From the IMG/VR virus record IMGVR_UViG_3300043398_000440, positions 1 through 57,267 of that record: a stretch of DNA of 57,267 nucleotides. One strand, written 5' to 3'. The notes under the pieces are model-generated. The model searched no databases. It was not told the DNA's origin and saw only the letters and a program-made list of their open reading frames with translations. Below, in pieces: positions 45,443 through 55,069 of this stretch; the first letter of the stretch is position 1, and each line of letters begins with the position of its first letter. The translations under genes were made by a program, and so were the position numbers. The stretch is from a virus. Taxonomy: Duplodnaviria; Caudoviricetes.

Positions 45443-45716
45443 GACGCTTTGGTTTAGCTGCAGTGGGTGTGACTGGCGGCGCGGTCAGGGTGCTCGAAAG
45501 CGAGGGCTCGCGGGCGCGAAACAGCTCGCGGTGCGCCACGTTGAGCGCGATCATCAGGGCTTCTAGGGAATAGTGGTCGACGGCTGACGCTAGCTGCTCG
45601 CGCACTTTGCGCTCTTTGGCCGCGCTGACGGCGATTGCGATGTCGGACCAGCTGACCGCGCCGTGGCTGCGTTCAATTGCGCTCTGCAGCGCTACATAAA
45701 TTTCGTCTTCAAGCAT
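45408..45716 (-). CDS. Hypothetical protein
   Basis: In operon. Confidence 0.55.
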   Translation of the reverse strand: MLEDEIYVALQSAIERSHGAVSWSDIAIAVSAAKERKVREQLASAVDHYSLEALMIALNVAHRELFRAREPSLSSTLTAPPVTPTAAKPKRHGKTKAKTDPL

Positions 45717-45938
45717 GCATTTTGAATAAAGTGCTAACGGCCCCGCCTACGCCGCTTCGCGATCGCCTGACTTGCTCAGGCTCCCTCGGCCATTGTCCGG
45801 CCTACTACCGATGCAGCCCCACCACCGCCCATCGCCTGCGCTCCGCAATTACGGAAGACGCCCCGTCAGTTGCGCCGTCTGACTCAGACCTTGCTCACTG
45901 CCACCCACTGAAAGCGTTTTTCGTCACACCCACAGCAG

Positions 45939-46148
45939 CTAAAACCCAGGATCGCCGCATTCTTCGTCGGGAGGGTCGGCAAATGATTCATCTTGGCACG
46001 CCTGGCACAACCCGCTGATGCGAAACTCGCGGTATGCCACCGCATCGCGAAACGCGTACGGGGGCTGGGCCTCACAAAACGGACATTGCCCGCGCAGCAC
46101 ACGTTCCATCTCAGTTGGGAATATCTGGCGCATGATATCATGATTCAT
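45939..46148 (-). CDS. Small Zn-finger phage protein
   Basis: CPFC...REFRISGLCQACQD. Confidence 0.65.
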   Translation of the reverse strand: MNHDIMRQIFPTEMERVLRGQCPFCEAQPPYAFRDAVAYREFRISGLCQACQDESFADPPDEECGDPGF

Positions 46149-46333
46149 TCCTCTTCGTCCTCCTCGGGATGCTTAGTTCCGTACTCGTTATACCAATCGG
46201 TATCCGCATAGCCCGCCATGCCGTAGTCATCCAGCAGATCGGCCAGCGAGTTGGCGACTACTACGCGCTCCTTGGCGGTCAGGTAGCTTTCAACCACATC
46301 CCAAAGGTTGTCACAAAACGCTATATCATCCAC
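46145..46333 (-). CDS. Hypothetical acidic protein
   Basis: Coupled to neighbours. Confidence 0.5.
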   Translation of the reverse strand: MDDIAFCDNLWDVVESYLTAKERVVVANSLADLLDDYGMAGYADTDWYNEYGTKHPEEDEEE

Positions 46334-46523
46334 AGCTCGCTCCACATTCTGCACACTCACCAGACGTCTGATCGACACGCTTGCGCAGTGCGTGTATTTC
46401 GTTGACCGCCCGCAACACATGCAGTGGGTCGATGTCCTCAGGGGAGTGTTTTGCCTGCAGCTCTAGGAAAAGTAGATCGGCCTGATCCAGCGGCCGGGTG
46501 CACTGACACTGGCTATGACTCAA
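46326..46523 (-). CDS. Hypothetical protein
   Basis: TTGA coupling; CxC and CxxC motifs. Confidence 0.45.
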   Translation of the reverse strand: MSHSQCQCTRPLDQADLLFLELQAKHSPEDIDPLHVLRAVNEIHALRKRVDQTSGECAECGASCG

Positions 46524-46729
46524 TTCAGCACCATTTCGGTAAAAACTTCGTTGATAAATCGACGCGAAAACCACACTTGCCACACCGCTTGCGCATCGTC
46601 CTGCCACTGCACTAGGAACTCGTCCGACTCGTGATCGTGGTCGACAATGGTGCACACGTACTTGTGTTCCGTCATGGCCTCGATCGCCGCCAGCGTGGCT
46701 AATTCTTCGTCTGTCCACTCTTGGTTCAC
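46520..46729 (-). CDS. Hypothetical acidic protein
   Basis: Coupled to neighbours. Confidence 0.5.
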   Translation of the reverse strand: MNQEWTDEELATLAAIEAMTEHKYVCTIVDHDHESDEFLVQWQDDAQAVWQVWFSRRFINEVFTEMVLN

Positions 46730-46731
46730 GA

Positions 46732-47094
46732 CTAGAGTGCTTCCCAATGCCGTTCGATGACGTCGGCAATGCGCTTGAATCCGAACCCTTTGCCGTCGTT
46801 TAGCTCGGCCAAGCACGCGCCATACTTACGATACGGACTATCCGTCGGCAATTCGCCATCAGACGTGCGCAACCCCGCCCAATTTTTCCAGATTGCTCTC
46901 GGCGGTGTACCTTGGTCAGGCAGGTAGTCTAGTTTACTGATTTCGGCTAGTACTCCAAGGCAGCAGTACCCTTTTAGGGTGCCTGTGCACTCTCCGGTTG
47001 CGTCTTTTTTGTACTCGACCAGGGAGTCTTTGCCTTGGTGATATCGGCCAGAGCGCAGCGCCTTCACCCACAGCTTAGCGACTTTTTTGTCCAT
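46732..47094 (-). CDS. Conserved phage protein
   Basis: WVKALRSGRYHQG, CCLGVL, LAELND..FKRIADVIE; SD AAGGAG. Confidence 0.75.
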   Translation of the reverse strand: MDKKVAKLWVKALRSGRYHQGKDSLVEYKKDATGECTGTLKGYCCLGVLAEISKLDYLPDQGTPPRAIWKNWAGLRTSDGELPTDSPYRKYGACLAELNDGKGFGFKRIADVIERHWEAL

Positions 47095-47311
47095 TGTTTA
47101 GTGTCTCCTTAGCTGGACACTAAGCCATGCTTACTATGGGCGTGTCAAGGGCTTACACTGCCGCGAGATGAACATTACTGGTTTGTGGGTTGTGGCGTCG
47201 TAGAGCCGAATGTTGCACCAGTCCGCCATCGATATCGGGTGTGCACGAAAGTCTGCGCACGACATCACAATCCAGGTGCAAACGTGCTGCCGGCGTCGGC
47301 GCCGCTTTGGC

Positions 47312-47593
47312 TTAGTCATGGTCATGCACTAGGGCCAGGTTCACGTAGCGTCGCTCGCGCGACTGCAGGAACCAGTCCTGCAGTTGGTTACACGCCTTCG
47401 CGTTCTCTAGGTGTGTGCCTGGCTGAATCCGGCACTCGATCGGCCGTGTGCGGTACACGGCGCATCGATTAGCTGTTGTGAGGTGGGCGCAGCGCCCGTC
47501 CGGCAGGCTCGGCTCGCTAAAGCCTTGGATGGCGCCGGCCACTTGGCAGCAGGCGCCGCAGCCGGTGCACGGAAACGCGTTGGACGCGGTCAC
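47312..47593 (-). CDS. YkgJ-family CxxCxxCC cysteine-cluster protein
   Basis: FPCTGCGACC, CAHL, CAVYRTRPIEC. Confidence 0.8.
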   Translation of the reverse strand: MTASNAFPCTGCGACCQVAGAIQGFSEPSLPDGRCAHLTTANRCAVYRTRPIECRIQPGTHLENAKACNQLQDWFLQSRERRYVNLALVHDHD

Positions 47594-47847
47594 TTCGCCT
47601 TCGCCTCTGCCGCAGCCTTGATGGCAACGGCAATACTGTCCTGCACCGGCGTTGGCCTTCCTCTGGCATCACGCCACGCCTCGACGGCATCGTAGGCGAA
47701 CTCCCGTGCCACGCGCTCGATGGCCTCGGCTGTTGCGGCAACGCTGCGTTCCTCGTACGAGAACAGCACGCCGCCATCCGCCACGAGATCGTCAAGGTCG
47801 TGGAATTTGAGCGCAGCGGCCCGCGCCTTGTCGGCGAGAGAAGTCAT
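47590..47847 (-). CDS. Hypothetical protein
   Basis: ATGA coupling. Confidence 0.55.
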   Translation of the reverse strand: MTSLADKARAAALKFHDLDDLVADGGVLFSYEERSVAATAEAIERVAREFAYDAVEAWRDARGRPTPVQDSIAVAIKAAAEAKAK

Positions 47848-47957
47848 TTGAGCCTCGCAAGTCGTTTCTTGTTCTCGACCACTCCGCGCCAATGCCAGCC
47901 GAACTTGACCGAATACACGAGTGCGATGAACAGCAACGCGAACTCGTACAGCGTCAT
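47844..47957 (-). CDS. Small membrane protein (37 aa)
   Basis: MTLYEFALLFIALVYSVKFGWHWRG; ATGA-coupled on both sides. Confidence 0.5.
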   Translation of the reverse strand: MTLYEFALLFIALVYSVKFGWHWRGVVENKKRLARLK

Positions 47958-48604
47958 ACCGTCCCCTTCGCCAGCGCCGCCGAGTAGTAATCATCGTCGT
48001 CACGCGTGACATCGATCAACACGCCTTCGATCTCGATTCGGCACGAGTTGCCGCGCCAATCGCCCCATTCGATTGCCTTGTATGTAGCGGCTTCAAGCAA
48101 CGCCTTTTCGAGCCGCGCGATCTCCGCCGCCTGCCGCTCGTTGTCGGCCTTGGCGAATTCGACGGCACATTTAATGTCGTCGTCGCGATGTTTCAGCGCC
48201 TCGGCAAATTCGGCCCGTAGCTGCTCGGCCTCGGCACGGGCGGCATCGCGCTCTTGCATCGCGGCAAAACACTCATCCAGCGACTGCTGCGCATCCTTTG
48301 CGGTGGCATCCCACAGCTCCTGAATCGCCTGGCAATTGCTCCTACAATCTTCTTTGGCCTCCGCCAGTTTCGCGCGCAGGTCGTCACGCTCGGCGGTCAC
48401 ACGCACGAGCTGCTGCACGGTCGGATGGTCATCGGTGAGCGTACAACCGGAGTGCAACGCCTCGTCTGTGATTGCTCGCAGCCCTCGCACCTCGGCCGCG
48501 AGCGCGAGGACGTCACGGGTCAGTACACTGTTGAATGTAGTTGATGGAGATTCAACGAAGCTTCTCGCGTCGGCCACCATCGCTTCAATTTCGGCGTCGG
48601 TCAT
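47954..48604 (-). CDS. Coiled-coil hypothetical protein
   Basis: Heptad-rich; ATGA coupling. Confidence 0.7.
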   Translation of the reverse strand: MTDAEIEAMVADARSFVESPSTTFNSVLTRDVLALAAEVRGLRAITDEALHSGCTLTDDHPTVQQLVRVTAERDDLRAKLAEAKEDCRSNCQAIQELWDATAKDAQQSLDECFAAMQERDAARAEAEQLRAEFAEALKHRDDDIKCAVEFAKADNERQAAEIARLEKALLEAATYKAIEWGDWRGNSCRIEIEGVLIDVTRDDDDYYSAALAKGTV

Positions 48605-48879
48605 TCGCCACCAGCGAGAAAGGCGCGAACCTCAGCCGCGCTGCGATACTCGCCCAACTCGGTTTCGTAGTGGTCCGCGATCTGGTTTAGCAGTTGCTCG
48701 GCGCGTTCGAGGCGGTCGCAGAGCCAGACAACGTCAAGGTCAGGATCAGGCACGGAGACCATCTTGTATTGAAGCGGCGCGTTCAATACTTCCGGCTGAA
48801 AAAGCCCAGTCACTAGTTGCGGGCACATACGCGCCGCTGCCCGCGCGCGTATCTCAGCGATTCTGGTGGCGGCGGTCAT
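48601..48879 (-). CDS. Hypothetical protein
   Basis: ATGA coupling. Confidence 0.6.
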   Translation of the reverse strand: MTAATRIAEIRARAAARMCPQLVTGLFQPEVLNAPLQYKMVSVPDPDLDVVWLCDRLERAEQLLNQIADHYETELGEYRSAAEVRAFLAGGE

Positions 48880-49097
48880 GCAGGCCTCGGCGCCAGTGGG
48901 TCCGGCTTGGCTACGGACACTGCCTGCTGCAGCGTGGCCAAGTTCAGGAAATCTTCGCCCAGCACGTCCACCACCAGGTCGGCGACCAGCTGCTCCGCGT
49001 CTGACGGCGTGTAGCCTGCCCGGGCCAGCCGGCGCATCGCCAAGTGGAGTCCGCGTGCCCACTTACCTACGAATCGGGTCGTGACTTGGTCGCTCAT
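48876..49097 (-). CDS. Hypothetical protein
   Basis: In operon. Confidence 0.55.
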   Translation of the reverse strand: MSDQVTTRFVGKWARGLHLAMRRLARAGYTPSDAEQLVADLVVDVLGEDFLNLATLQQAVSVAKPDPLAPRPA

Positions 49098-49098
49098 C

Positions 49099-49317
49099 TC
49101 AGTACACTTCCTCTCTGTATTCAGCCATAATGCCGTCCGAGTAGTTCAGGATTGCCCAAAGTTTGAATTCGCGACGCGGCATGCGGCCAGGCTTGTCACG
49201 TCTCCGGTCGAAGTGGTGTGTCGGCATCATCGGAACTACGTATCTAGGCGGCACGTGGTCTAGCTCCAGGTCGCGCGAGCAGCCACATGCGGTCAGGAAT
49301 CGGGCTAGTACTTTCAT
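49099..49317 (-). CDS. Hypothetical protein
   Basis: In operon. Confidence 0.5.
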   Translation of the reverse strand: MKVLARFLTACGCSRDLELDHVPPRYVVPMMPTHHFDRRRDKPGRMPRREFKLWAILNYSDGIMAEYREEVY

Positions 49318-49324
49318 GTGGTGA

Positions 49325-49669
49325 TCAGCTGCTGTGGGGTGGTGGGTTTAGTGCTGCCGCATCTTGCGCTGCCAGGAGTTCGCGGGCAGCTTGGCGCGCC
49401 AGTCGCTTAGTGCGTACATAGCCGGCGCGTACCTTTGCGCCGTGAATCGCGTACCAGTCTTTTGTCGCTTGGTTGCGCACAGCACGTTGTTCGGGCGTCA
49501 TGGCTTCGTACTTAGCCGCCGCGTACATTCTGCGCTGCACCTGAGTTGTTGCCTGCTTACGGTGCGCACGCTGCTGGGCCAGGATTCGCTTACGGTTGCG
49601 CCGGTAGTATTCCGCGTTGTAGGATGATCTAGCTACTGTGGGTGTGGTGATCATGCTGCTATCCGGCAT
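49325..49669 (-). CDS. Basic helical protein (HNH N-terminal-like)
   Basis: YNAEYYRRNRKRILAQQR. Confidence 0.5.
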   Translation of the reverse strand: MPDSSMITTPTVARSSYNAEYYRRNRKRILAQQRAHRKQATTQVQRRMYAAAKYEAMTPEQRAVRNQATKDWYAIHGAKVRAGYVRTKRLARQAARELLAAQDAAALNPPPHSS

Positions 49670-50591
49670 TGGCCAGCACCTCGCGGTGCGCGTCCAGCAC
49701 GAACGACCTCATCCACTCGCGGTCAGGCTCGGGCTCCAGGTCGCTGGTTGCCTGCGCCGCCTCGATTTGGTCGATGCCGCGCTCTATGCGCAGGTACACG
49801 GCTTCGGGCGGGTAGTCACCCAGCCGGATTTTCACCAAGTCCTCCGCGTTCGGTCGCGGGAAGGTCACCTCGCCCGTGGTTAGTAACTCAATGGTCTGCT
49901 CGGTCACCCGCACCGCATGGTAGAGTGCTTTCCAGTCTGCCCCGCCCAGCTGGGCCAGCCGCGACCGGTCACCGTAGCCGGCCAGCAGGTTGCTGAAAAC
50001 GGCCACGGCCCGCTCTACCTTGCAGTTCAGGCCGATGGACTTGCCGCAGCACTGCAGCCAGCGCATGCCGACGTCATCTTCGACCGACGACACCGTGATG
50101 TACTTGCGGACTGTTGATGGCAGCTCGTTCAGAATGTTGCCGCCGCACAGCAGCGCAGTTTCTACCGCATCGCTGGGCTTGGCGCCGCGCAGCACGTCCA
50201 GCACTGCCTCCAAAGCCGTGATACGGGCACCTCGCAGCGAGTAGCGTTCCGCCTGTGCGCGCGCGTAGCCAATCGCCGCCCCGCACTTACGATTCAGCAG
50301 CCGGTACCGGTTGCGCGTCACGTCGTACCAGATTGGGTCCATTTGGGTCCAAGCGGCTGGTGGGGCGAACAGCATGTCGATTGCGACTGTTTGGCCTTGG
50401 GCCAGCAAGTCCAGGTAGACTTTCAACGAGTAAGCGTCGTCTTCAGCTGCTGAGGTGTGGGTTTTCGGGGCCTCGCCCAGCAGGATCTGCTCGGCGGTTG
50501 GCAGGAAGACGCCCTTGAAATCGTAGTCTGAGTCTGGCAGCTGGGTGCCATACAGGCGGCTGCCAAACTGCGTACGATATATCATTTGCAC
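49659..50591 (-). CDS. Pol-beta superfamily nucleotidyltransferase (RlaP/YcgL-like)
   Basis: FGSRLYGTQLPDSDYDFKGVF, GYARAQ, DWKALYHAVR, TFPRPNAEDLVKIRLG. Confidence 0.85.
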   Translation of the reverse strand: MQMIYRTQFGSRLYGTQLPDSDYDFKGVFLPTAEQILLGEAPKTHTSAAEDDAYSLKVYLDLLAQGQTVAIDMLFAPPAAWTQMDPIWYDVTRNRYRLLNRKCGAAIGYARAQAERYSLRGARITALEAVLDVLRGAKPSDAVETALLCGGNILNELPSTVRKYITVSSVEDDVGMRWLQCCGKSIGLNCKVERAVAVFSNLLAGYGDRSRLAQLGGADWKALYHAVRVTEQTIELLTTGEVTFPRPNAEDLVKIRLGDYPPEAVYLRIERGIDQIEAAQATSDLEPEPDREWMRSFVLDAHREVLANAG

Positions 50592-50806
50592 GGGAACACC
50601 TCAACATTGGCGACGCAGTAGCGAGACAGCCCGTCCGAGCAGCTGGTTAAGTGCACGCCGCAGGTACTGACGTGCCACTCACACTGCAAACTGGTGCCGG
50701 CGGGACGCCCGCACGTTGACCCGTGCGTTTCAAAACTGCAGCCTGGATTAGGATTAGCTGCTGTGGTGAGGCAGGCCAGCAGCACAACTAAACTTGGTTT
50801 GATCAT
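50582..50806 (-). CDS. Small secreted Cys-rich protein
   Basis: Signal peptide; multiple Cys. Confidence 0.5.
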   Translation of the reverse strand: MIKPSLVVLLACLTTAANPNPGCSFETHGSTCGRPAGTSLQCEWHVSTCGVHLTSCSDGLSRYCVANVEVFPCK

Positions 50807-51093
50807 ACCGGCACCAGCTCCAGGCGGTAGGTTGAGTTTTCCGTGCTAAACTCGCCGCCCGCGCCCAGCGCGACCACCGGCGTGGTAGTCACTAGCCGCA
50901 TGCTCGCGGCCGGGTCAAGCGGGTCCGCCGACATCACGAACGGTTCGCCAACAGCCGGCAGCGCGTTCGTCCAGCCTAGCACGGTGTCTGTGCGCAGGCG
51001 GGTGTGGGTGGACTTGACTCGACTCAGCAACACTCTTGGCATGCGGCCCCGCAAAGTTATGCCGTCTCTCCAGCAAGTCACGTCGTGAGTCAC
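50803..51093 (-). CDS. Hypothetical protein
   Basis: TTTPVV...FSTENSTYRL. Confidence 0.55.
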   Translation of the reverse strand: MTHDVTCWRDGITLRGRMPRVLLSRVKSTHTRLRTDTVLGWTNALPAVGEPFVMSADPLDPAASMRLVTTTPVVALGAGGEFSTENSTYRLELVPV

Positions 51094-51358
51094 AGTCCCC
51101 TGACGTTGGGTCGCTTACGCAGACTCATTGCGCTGGTGGGGTTGCAGGGACGCTCTCCCACTTCGGTGCTCGTCAATTCGCCACAGCCCGCTTAGGCAAG
51201 TGCAAAATGTCCCGCTGAGCAAAAAATTTGGCGGCGGTGGCTGAGCGAAATTGCCCAGGGGTGTCCACTAGCCGCTACCCGACCGCAAGGCCGGGGATGT
51301 AACAAGCTAAATCTGGCGGTATACTATCCGCTACCGTCAACGCGAGATTAGCACGACT

Positions 51359-51724
51359 CTAAGGCAGTGTCAACGGCACCGTTCGCGCCGCGTTGTCTAC
51401 TTTGTCGTCGTCGTTCTGTTCTTTTGTTCCCCACTTCAAGTTATAGATCGAGTTGTTCAGAGGGTCCGAATCCATGTGGCGGACTACGTACCATGGAAAA
51501 GGCGGTGGCCCTAGGAATGTCCAGCAAACGTAGCGGTGTACTGCCCAGTGTACGTACTTCCGCTCTAGGCGATCGTACACCTTCATAAAGGCGTAGCCCT
51601 CACGAACGCGGTGAACTAGTCTGCGCCACTGTTTTGCCGTCCTGCTAGGCGCCGCCCAGATCTCGCCCAGTTCATTAGCGTGGATACCTAACAACGGACC
51701 TTGCTTTAAGTACATGCTAACCAC
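51359..51724 (-). CDS. HNH homing endonuclease (HNH_3 type)
   Basis: VHRYVCWTFLGPPP, VVRHMDSDPLNNSIYNLKWGTKEQN. Confidence 0.85.
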   Translation of the reverse strand: MVSMYLKQGPLLGIHANELGEIWAAPSRTAKQWRRLVHRVREGYAFMKVYDRLERKYVHWAVHRYVCWTFLGPPPFPWYVVRHMDSDPLNNSIYNLKWGTKEQNDDDKVDNAARTVPLTLP

Positions 51725-51842
51725 GGGCTAGCACAGTACCAAGGTCGTGTATACGCCCAGATACTACATATAGCTATAGCCACAGCGACCGCCACCGCCT
51801 GGCCCAATCGGGTCGATTTCAACTCCCGGGTACCATCCAGCA

Positions 51843-52172
51843 AATTCCTCAATGATATCAAGGACTTAGCGCGGAATCGCTTACATAATAAGCAAGCAGA
51901 TAGCGCTGTACCAACTGTTGGGATAGTGCTTAATCGGAATTCCTCAATGATTTCAAGGGTCAATCACGTAACATACGTCTCGACGACCGTTACACACCTA
52001 TAAAAGTCGAAATTTGGCACGATTCTTGCATCGACGACTGCTATGCAAATTTTTCATAACTATGACACAAATGTCGCGATTTTAAATGCGTGTTAACTGT
52101 ACGATATTGCTAGTGAATCCGAGAAATATAACTTGTATGTTCGATTTGCTATGACACGGATGTCGTGATTTT
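51843..52172. repeat. Two pairs of direct repeats in the AT-rich control region
   Basis: AATTCCTCAATGAT(A/T)TCAAGG at 51843 and 51938; CTATGACAC(AA/GG)ATGTCG(C/T)GATTTT at 52060 and 52149. Confidence 0.85.
52015..52030 (+). promoter_or_regulatory. sigma54 (RpoN) -24/-12 promoter
   Basis: TGGCACGATTCTTGCA matches TGGCACG-N4-TTGC; a second weaker copy TGGCAAGTGTTGTGCA at 52220-52235. Confidence 0.7.
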
Positions 52173-52321
52173 CTATTGACACTTGGTAAATAACTCAGTG
52201 TTTACGCGATTCCGACACTTGGCAAGTGTTGTGCATTGTATTACTGCATGAACACTGCAACACGCATCGCGAATGGCAATTGGACAGCAACTGCGCCTAG
52301 CGCGCCATGGAGCAATCACAT

Positions 52322-52531
52322 ATGAACACAAACGAGATTTCCGTTTTGCTAGCCAGTTGTGAGACCGAAGCTCGTACGCAGGGCTGGACAGGCATATGGA
52401 CCCCCACCGCGCCCGATCTTGAGTGGGTGTGCAGCAAACTCGGCCGCAAGCCTACGCGCAAGGAATGGGTTGGTGCCGGTTTCGGATGGGTGGGCAATGC
52501 GCATGTTTTGAGTGAGACTGAGGAAGAATGA
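52322..52531 (+). CDS. Hypothetical protein
   Basis: GGAG SD. Confidence 0.55.
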   Translation: MNTNEISVLLASCETEARTQGWTGIWTPTAPDLEWVCSKLGRKPTRKEWVGAGFGWVGNAHVLSETEEE

Positions 52532-52812
52532 TCGCGCCTGGGGGCAAGCGCCCAGGCGCCGGGCGCCCGCCAGGGCCCAATCCACCACGCGAGCGCATCA
52601 GCGTGCGCCTGACATCTGAGCAGCTAACCGCGATCGAGGCAGAGGCCCGCACGAGGGGCATTGAGCCTAGCTCGATGGTGCGTGTGGCAGTGGATGAGTG
52701 GCTAGAGCTCGAGCGGCTCGGATGGACGAAGAGGTGCCCGCAAGCCGTTGGCTCCCGTAATCCACCCGCGCCAGACACGACGCGCCAGCCCTCGGCCCGC
52801 ATGGCCGCATAG
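52528..52812 (+). CDS. Ribbon-helix-helix (CopG-like) DNA-binding protein
   Basis: GGKRPGAGRP followed by RISVRLTSEQLTAIEAEA..G. Confidence 0.7.
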   Translation: MIAPGGKRPGAGRPPGPNPPRERISVRLTSEQLTAIEAEARTRGIEPSSMVRVAVDEWLELERLGWTKRCPQAVGSRNPPAPDTTRQPSARMAA

Positions 52813-52922
52813 TGGGCAGCCGCGATGCGCGCCATGGAGCAAGTAAGTAAGCGCATTATGTGACAACTTGTCACAACCCTATAGTAGATACGCAGTTTCA
52901 CAACTTTTGGGAGAACGAAATC

Positions 52923-53885
52923 ATGGCACACGAAATCATTGAAGGTATGGACATTTGCTTGACGCGTAACACCGATTCCCCGGCATGGCACGCATTGGAT
53001 AAGCGCTTTGATGTCATTAGCGCGGCAACCCTGCGCAGCGAGGGCTTCGCACGACCCGTGCAGATCGCCAACGCTGGCGCTGTCGCTGCGCAAGGCAATG
53101 GCATCGTTTCGCCAGACCACAGGGCGATCGTTACAACCAACCTGGCAAAGGATGCGATCCAAGTCGTCTCCATCGTGGGCAATCGGTACACATGCAATGC
53201 CAACGGATATGAATCGCTGGTTCAAGTGATTGAACCCTTGCTGAACGCTGGCCTGTTGAACGTGGTTACGGCTGGCACGCTGAACGGTTACCAGCGCGGT
53301 TACTTGACCACGGAGATTGTCGGCGCCGAGCTTAAGGCGCGCATCATGCAAAGTGACGACATTCGCACCTATCTCAACTTTGTGGACGGCTTGGACGCGC
53401 AAACGGTCGCCAAGAAGTTTCGCTCGCGAGTTCGTCAAGTGTGCGCAAACACTGTGGCCGCTGCCCTGGCCGATGCCAAGGGGATGCAACGCGTCAAGCA
53501 CACGCGCGGTTTTCAGTCGCGCCTCTGTGATTGGTCAACGTATATTCAAGAGGAGCAAGCCGCGCTTGACGCCGAAGCCGCTGTGTTGCGCCAACTGGCA
53601 GCTAAGCAAATCGACTCTGCCAAGCTTGACGAATACCTACGCGAGTGTTTCGAGGTCGACTCCGCAACCAAGAACCCGCGCGGCGCTTTCGTTCAAGCCA
53701 TGCAGTCGCACGACACCGATCCGGCACGCGGCACGTTGTGGGGCGCCTACAATGCAGCCCAAAGCACCTTGCAATGGTTCAGCAAAGCAGGCAAAACCGC
53801 TAGCGCGCGCATTGATAACGTATTCTTTGGTGCTGGCGTGGCACAAAATCAGGCCTTTATGAACGCAGCACTTGCCAGGCTCTAA
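52923..53885 (+). CDS. DUF932-family protein
   Basis: MAHEI, PAWH, TAGTL, VRQVCANT, KHT, RGTLWGAYNA. Confidence 0.85.
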   Translation: MAHEIIEGMDICLTRNTDSPAWHALDKRFDVISAATLRSEGFARPVQIANAGAVAAQGNGIVSPDHRAIVTTNLAKDAIQVVSIVGNRYTCNANGYESLVQVIEPLLNAGLLNVVTAGTLNGYQRGYLTTEIVGAELKARIMQSDDIRTYLNFVDGLDAQTVAKKFRSRVRQVCANTVAAALADAKGMQRVKHTRGFQSRLCDWSTYIQEEQAALDAEAAVLRQLAAKQIDSAKLDEYLRECFEVDSATKNPRGAFVQAMQSHDTDPARGTLWGAYNAAQSTLQWFSKAGKTASARIDNVFFGAGVAQNQAFMNAALARL

Positions 53886-53905
53886 CCTGAAAGGATTCAC
53901 GCCCC

Positions 53906-54142
53906 ATGACTACCGCCGAAAAACACGCGCGCTATCTAGTGGCACGAGCAGAGGCGCAACGCCTGGCAAATGATGCGGCACGCACAACGCCCGACTATTC
54001 ACGCAAGGGGGGTTGTGACTGGGGACTAGAGTACAACGAGTTATTTAACACGTTCTCGTTTCGTCGATTACCGTTGCCGCACAATCGCTATGGTCATGAG
54101 CTGCGCATGGAAGTAGTCAGGCCAGAAATAAATCGTTTCTAA
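53906..54142 (+). CDS. Hypothetical protein
   Basis: SD AAGGA. Confidence 0.6.
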   Translation: MTTAEKHARYLVARAEAQRLANDAARTTPDYSRKGGCDWGLEYNELFNTFSFRRLPLPHNRYGHELRMEVVRPEINRF

Positions 54143-54153
54143 AGGGAGACAGT

Positions 54154-54399
54154 ATGACAGACCTACAACGCGTTTTGACTATGCTAGCTGGCAACACAAC
54201 CCCCAAGCGGAGCGATGCGAAAGCCTCGGTGCGCCTCACTATCAGCGATGCAGATATTGCGACCGCTGAGACTAGCAAAGTGCTGGCGCAGGCCTTCGCA
54301 TGCGTATCTCGTATGGAGCTGCCGCAGGTTCAAGAGCCGATCGAATTGCTTTGGCGCATCGCACGACAACGCAAAGCGAATGAGGAGAAAATGTCATGA
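54154..54399 (+). CDS. Hypothetical protein
   Basis: SD GGAG. Confidence 0.6.
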   Translation: MTDLQRVLTMLAGNTTPKRSDAKASVRLTISDADIATAETSKVLAQAFACVSRMELPQVQEPIELLWRIARQRKANEEKMS

Positions 54400-54701
54400 C
54401 CGACTTAGACAAGTATCTAACTAAGGTTGGCGCGTTCCTTGGCACAGAGCTAGACGACTTGCGCACCCTAGCCCGGCAAATGAACGAGACAGGCTTTAAT
54501 CAACAGTGTAGTTACCTCATGGGAATGGTGCGATTGCTGATAATTGCGCGTGAGACTAGCGGTCAAGGTGACGTCACACCTGCGGCGCACCAGTTACACG
54601 CAAGCGAGATGGCAATTCATGTGCAAAACGAAATCTTTGCTACGCGTGAAATGTTGACTAAGCGAATCGCCGATGCCAAACACGGAAAATTCACGCCCTG
54701 A
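54396..54701 (+). CDS. Hypothetical protein
   Basis: SD GAGGAG, ATGA coupling. Confidence 0.6.
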   Translation: MTDLDKYLTKVGAFLGTELDDLRTLARQMNETGFNQQCSYLMGMVRLLIIARETSGQGDVTPAAHQLHASEMAIHVQNEIFATREMLTKRIADAKHGKFTP

Positions 54702-54739
54702 CCTTGCAATCCGCCAACAACTCAGGCAGAGGGGCGCCG

Positions 54740-54940
54740 ATGAAGACCGATGAAGAACTAGCCAAGAAAAAAGGCGTGCTGCTACACGTAATGACAGACA
54801 CGCTGATCATGGACATCAGCACAGGGAGACTAATGGGCAAGCTAGATCCAGTCGATCAGATCACCCGCTTTTCACTGGCTGAGATGCTGGTATTCTGTCA
54901 GCGCGTGGTCGACAAGCTAGCCAAGCACGAGGCACCATGA
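54740..54940 (+). CDS. Hypothetical protein
   Basis: SD GAGG before ATG 54740. Confidence 0.55.
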   Translation: MKTDEELAKKKGVLLHVMTDTLIMDISTGRLMGKLDPVDQITRFSLAEMLVFCQRVVDKLAKHEAP

Positions 54941-55069
54941 TCGAATATTACACAGCGCTAGTAGGGCTGATGACCGCACCTTACGTAGTCGCGGCCGTGC
55001 TAGGCAAACAAAAACACTTGCGCGATTCTAAGACGCAAGCTACGGTCAAGAGCAAAGGAGAAATATCGT

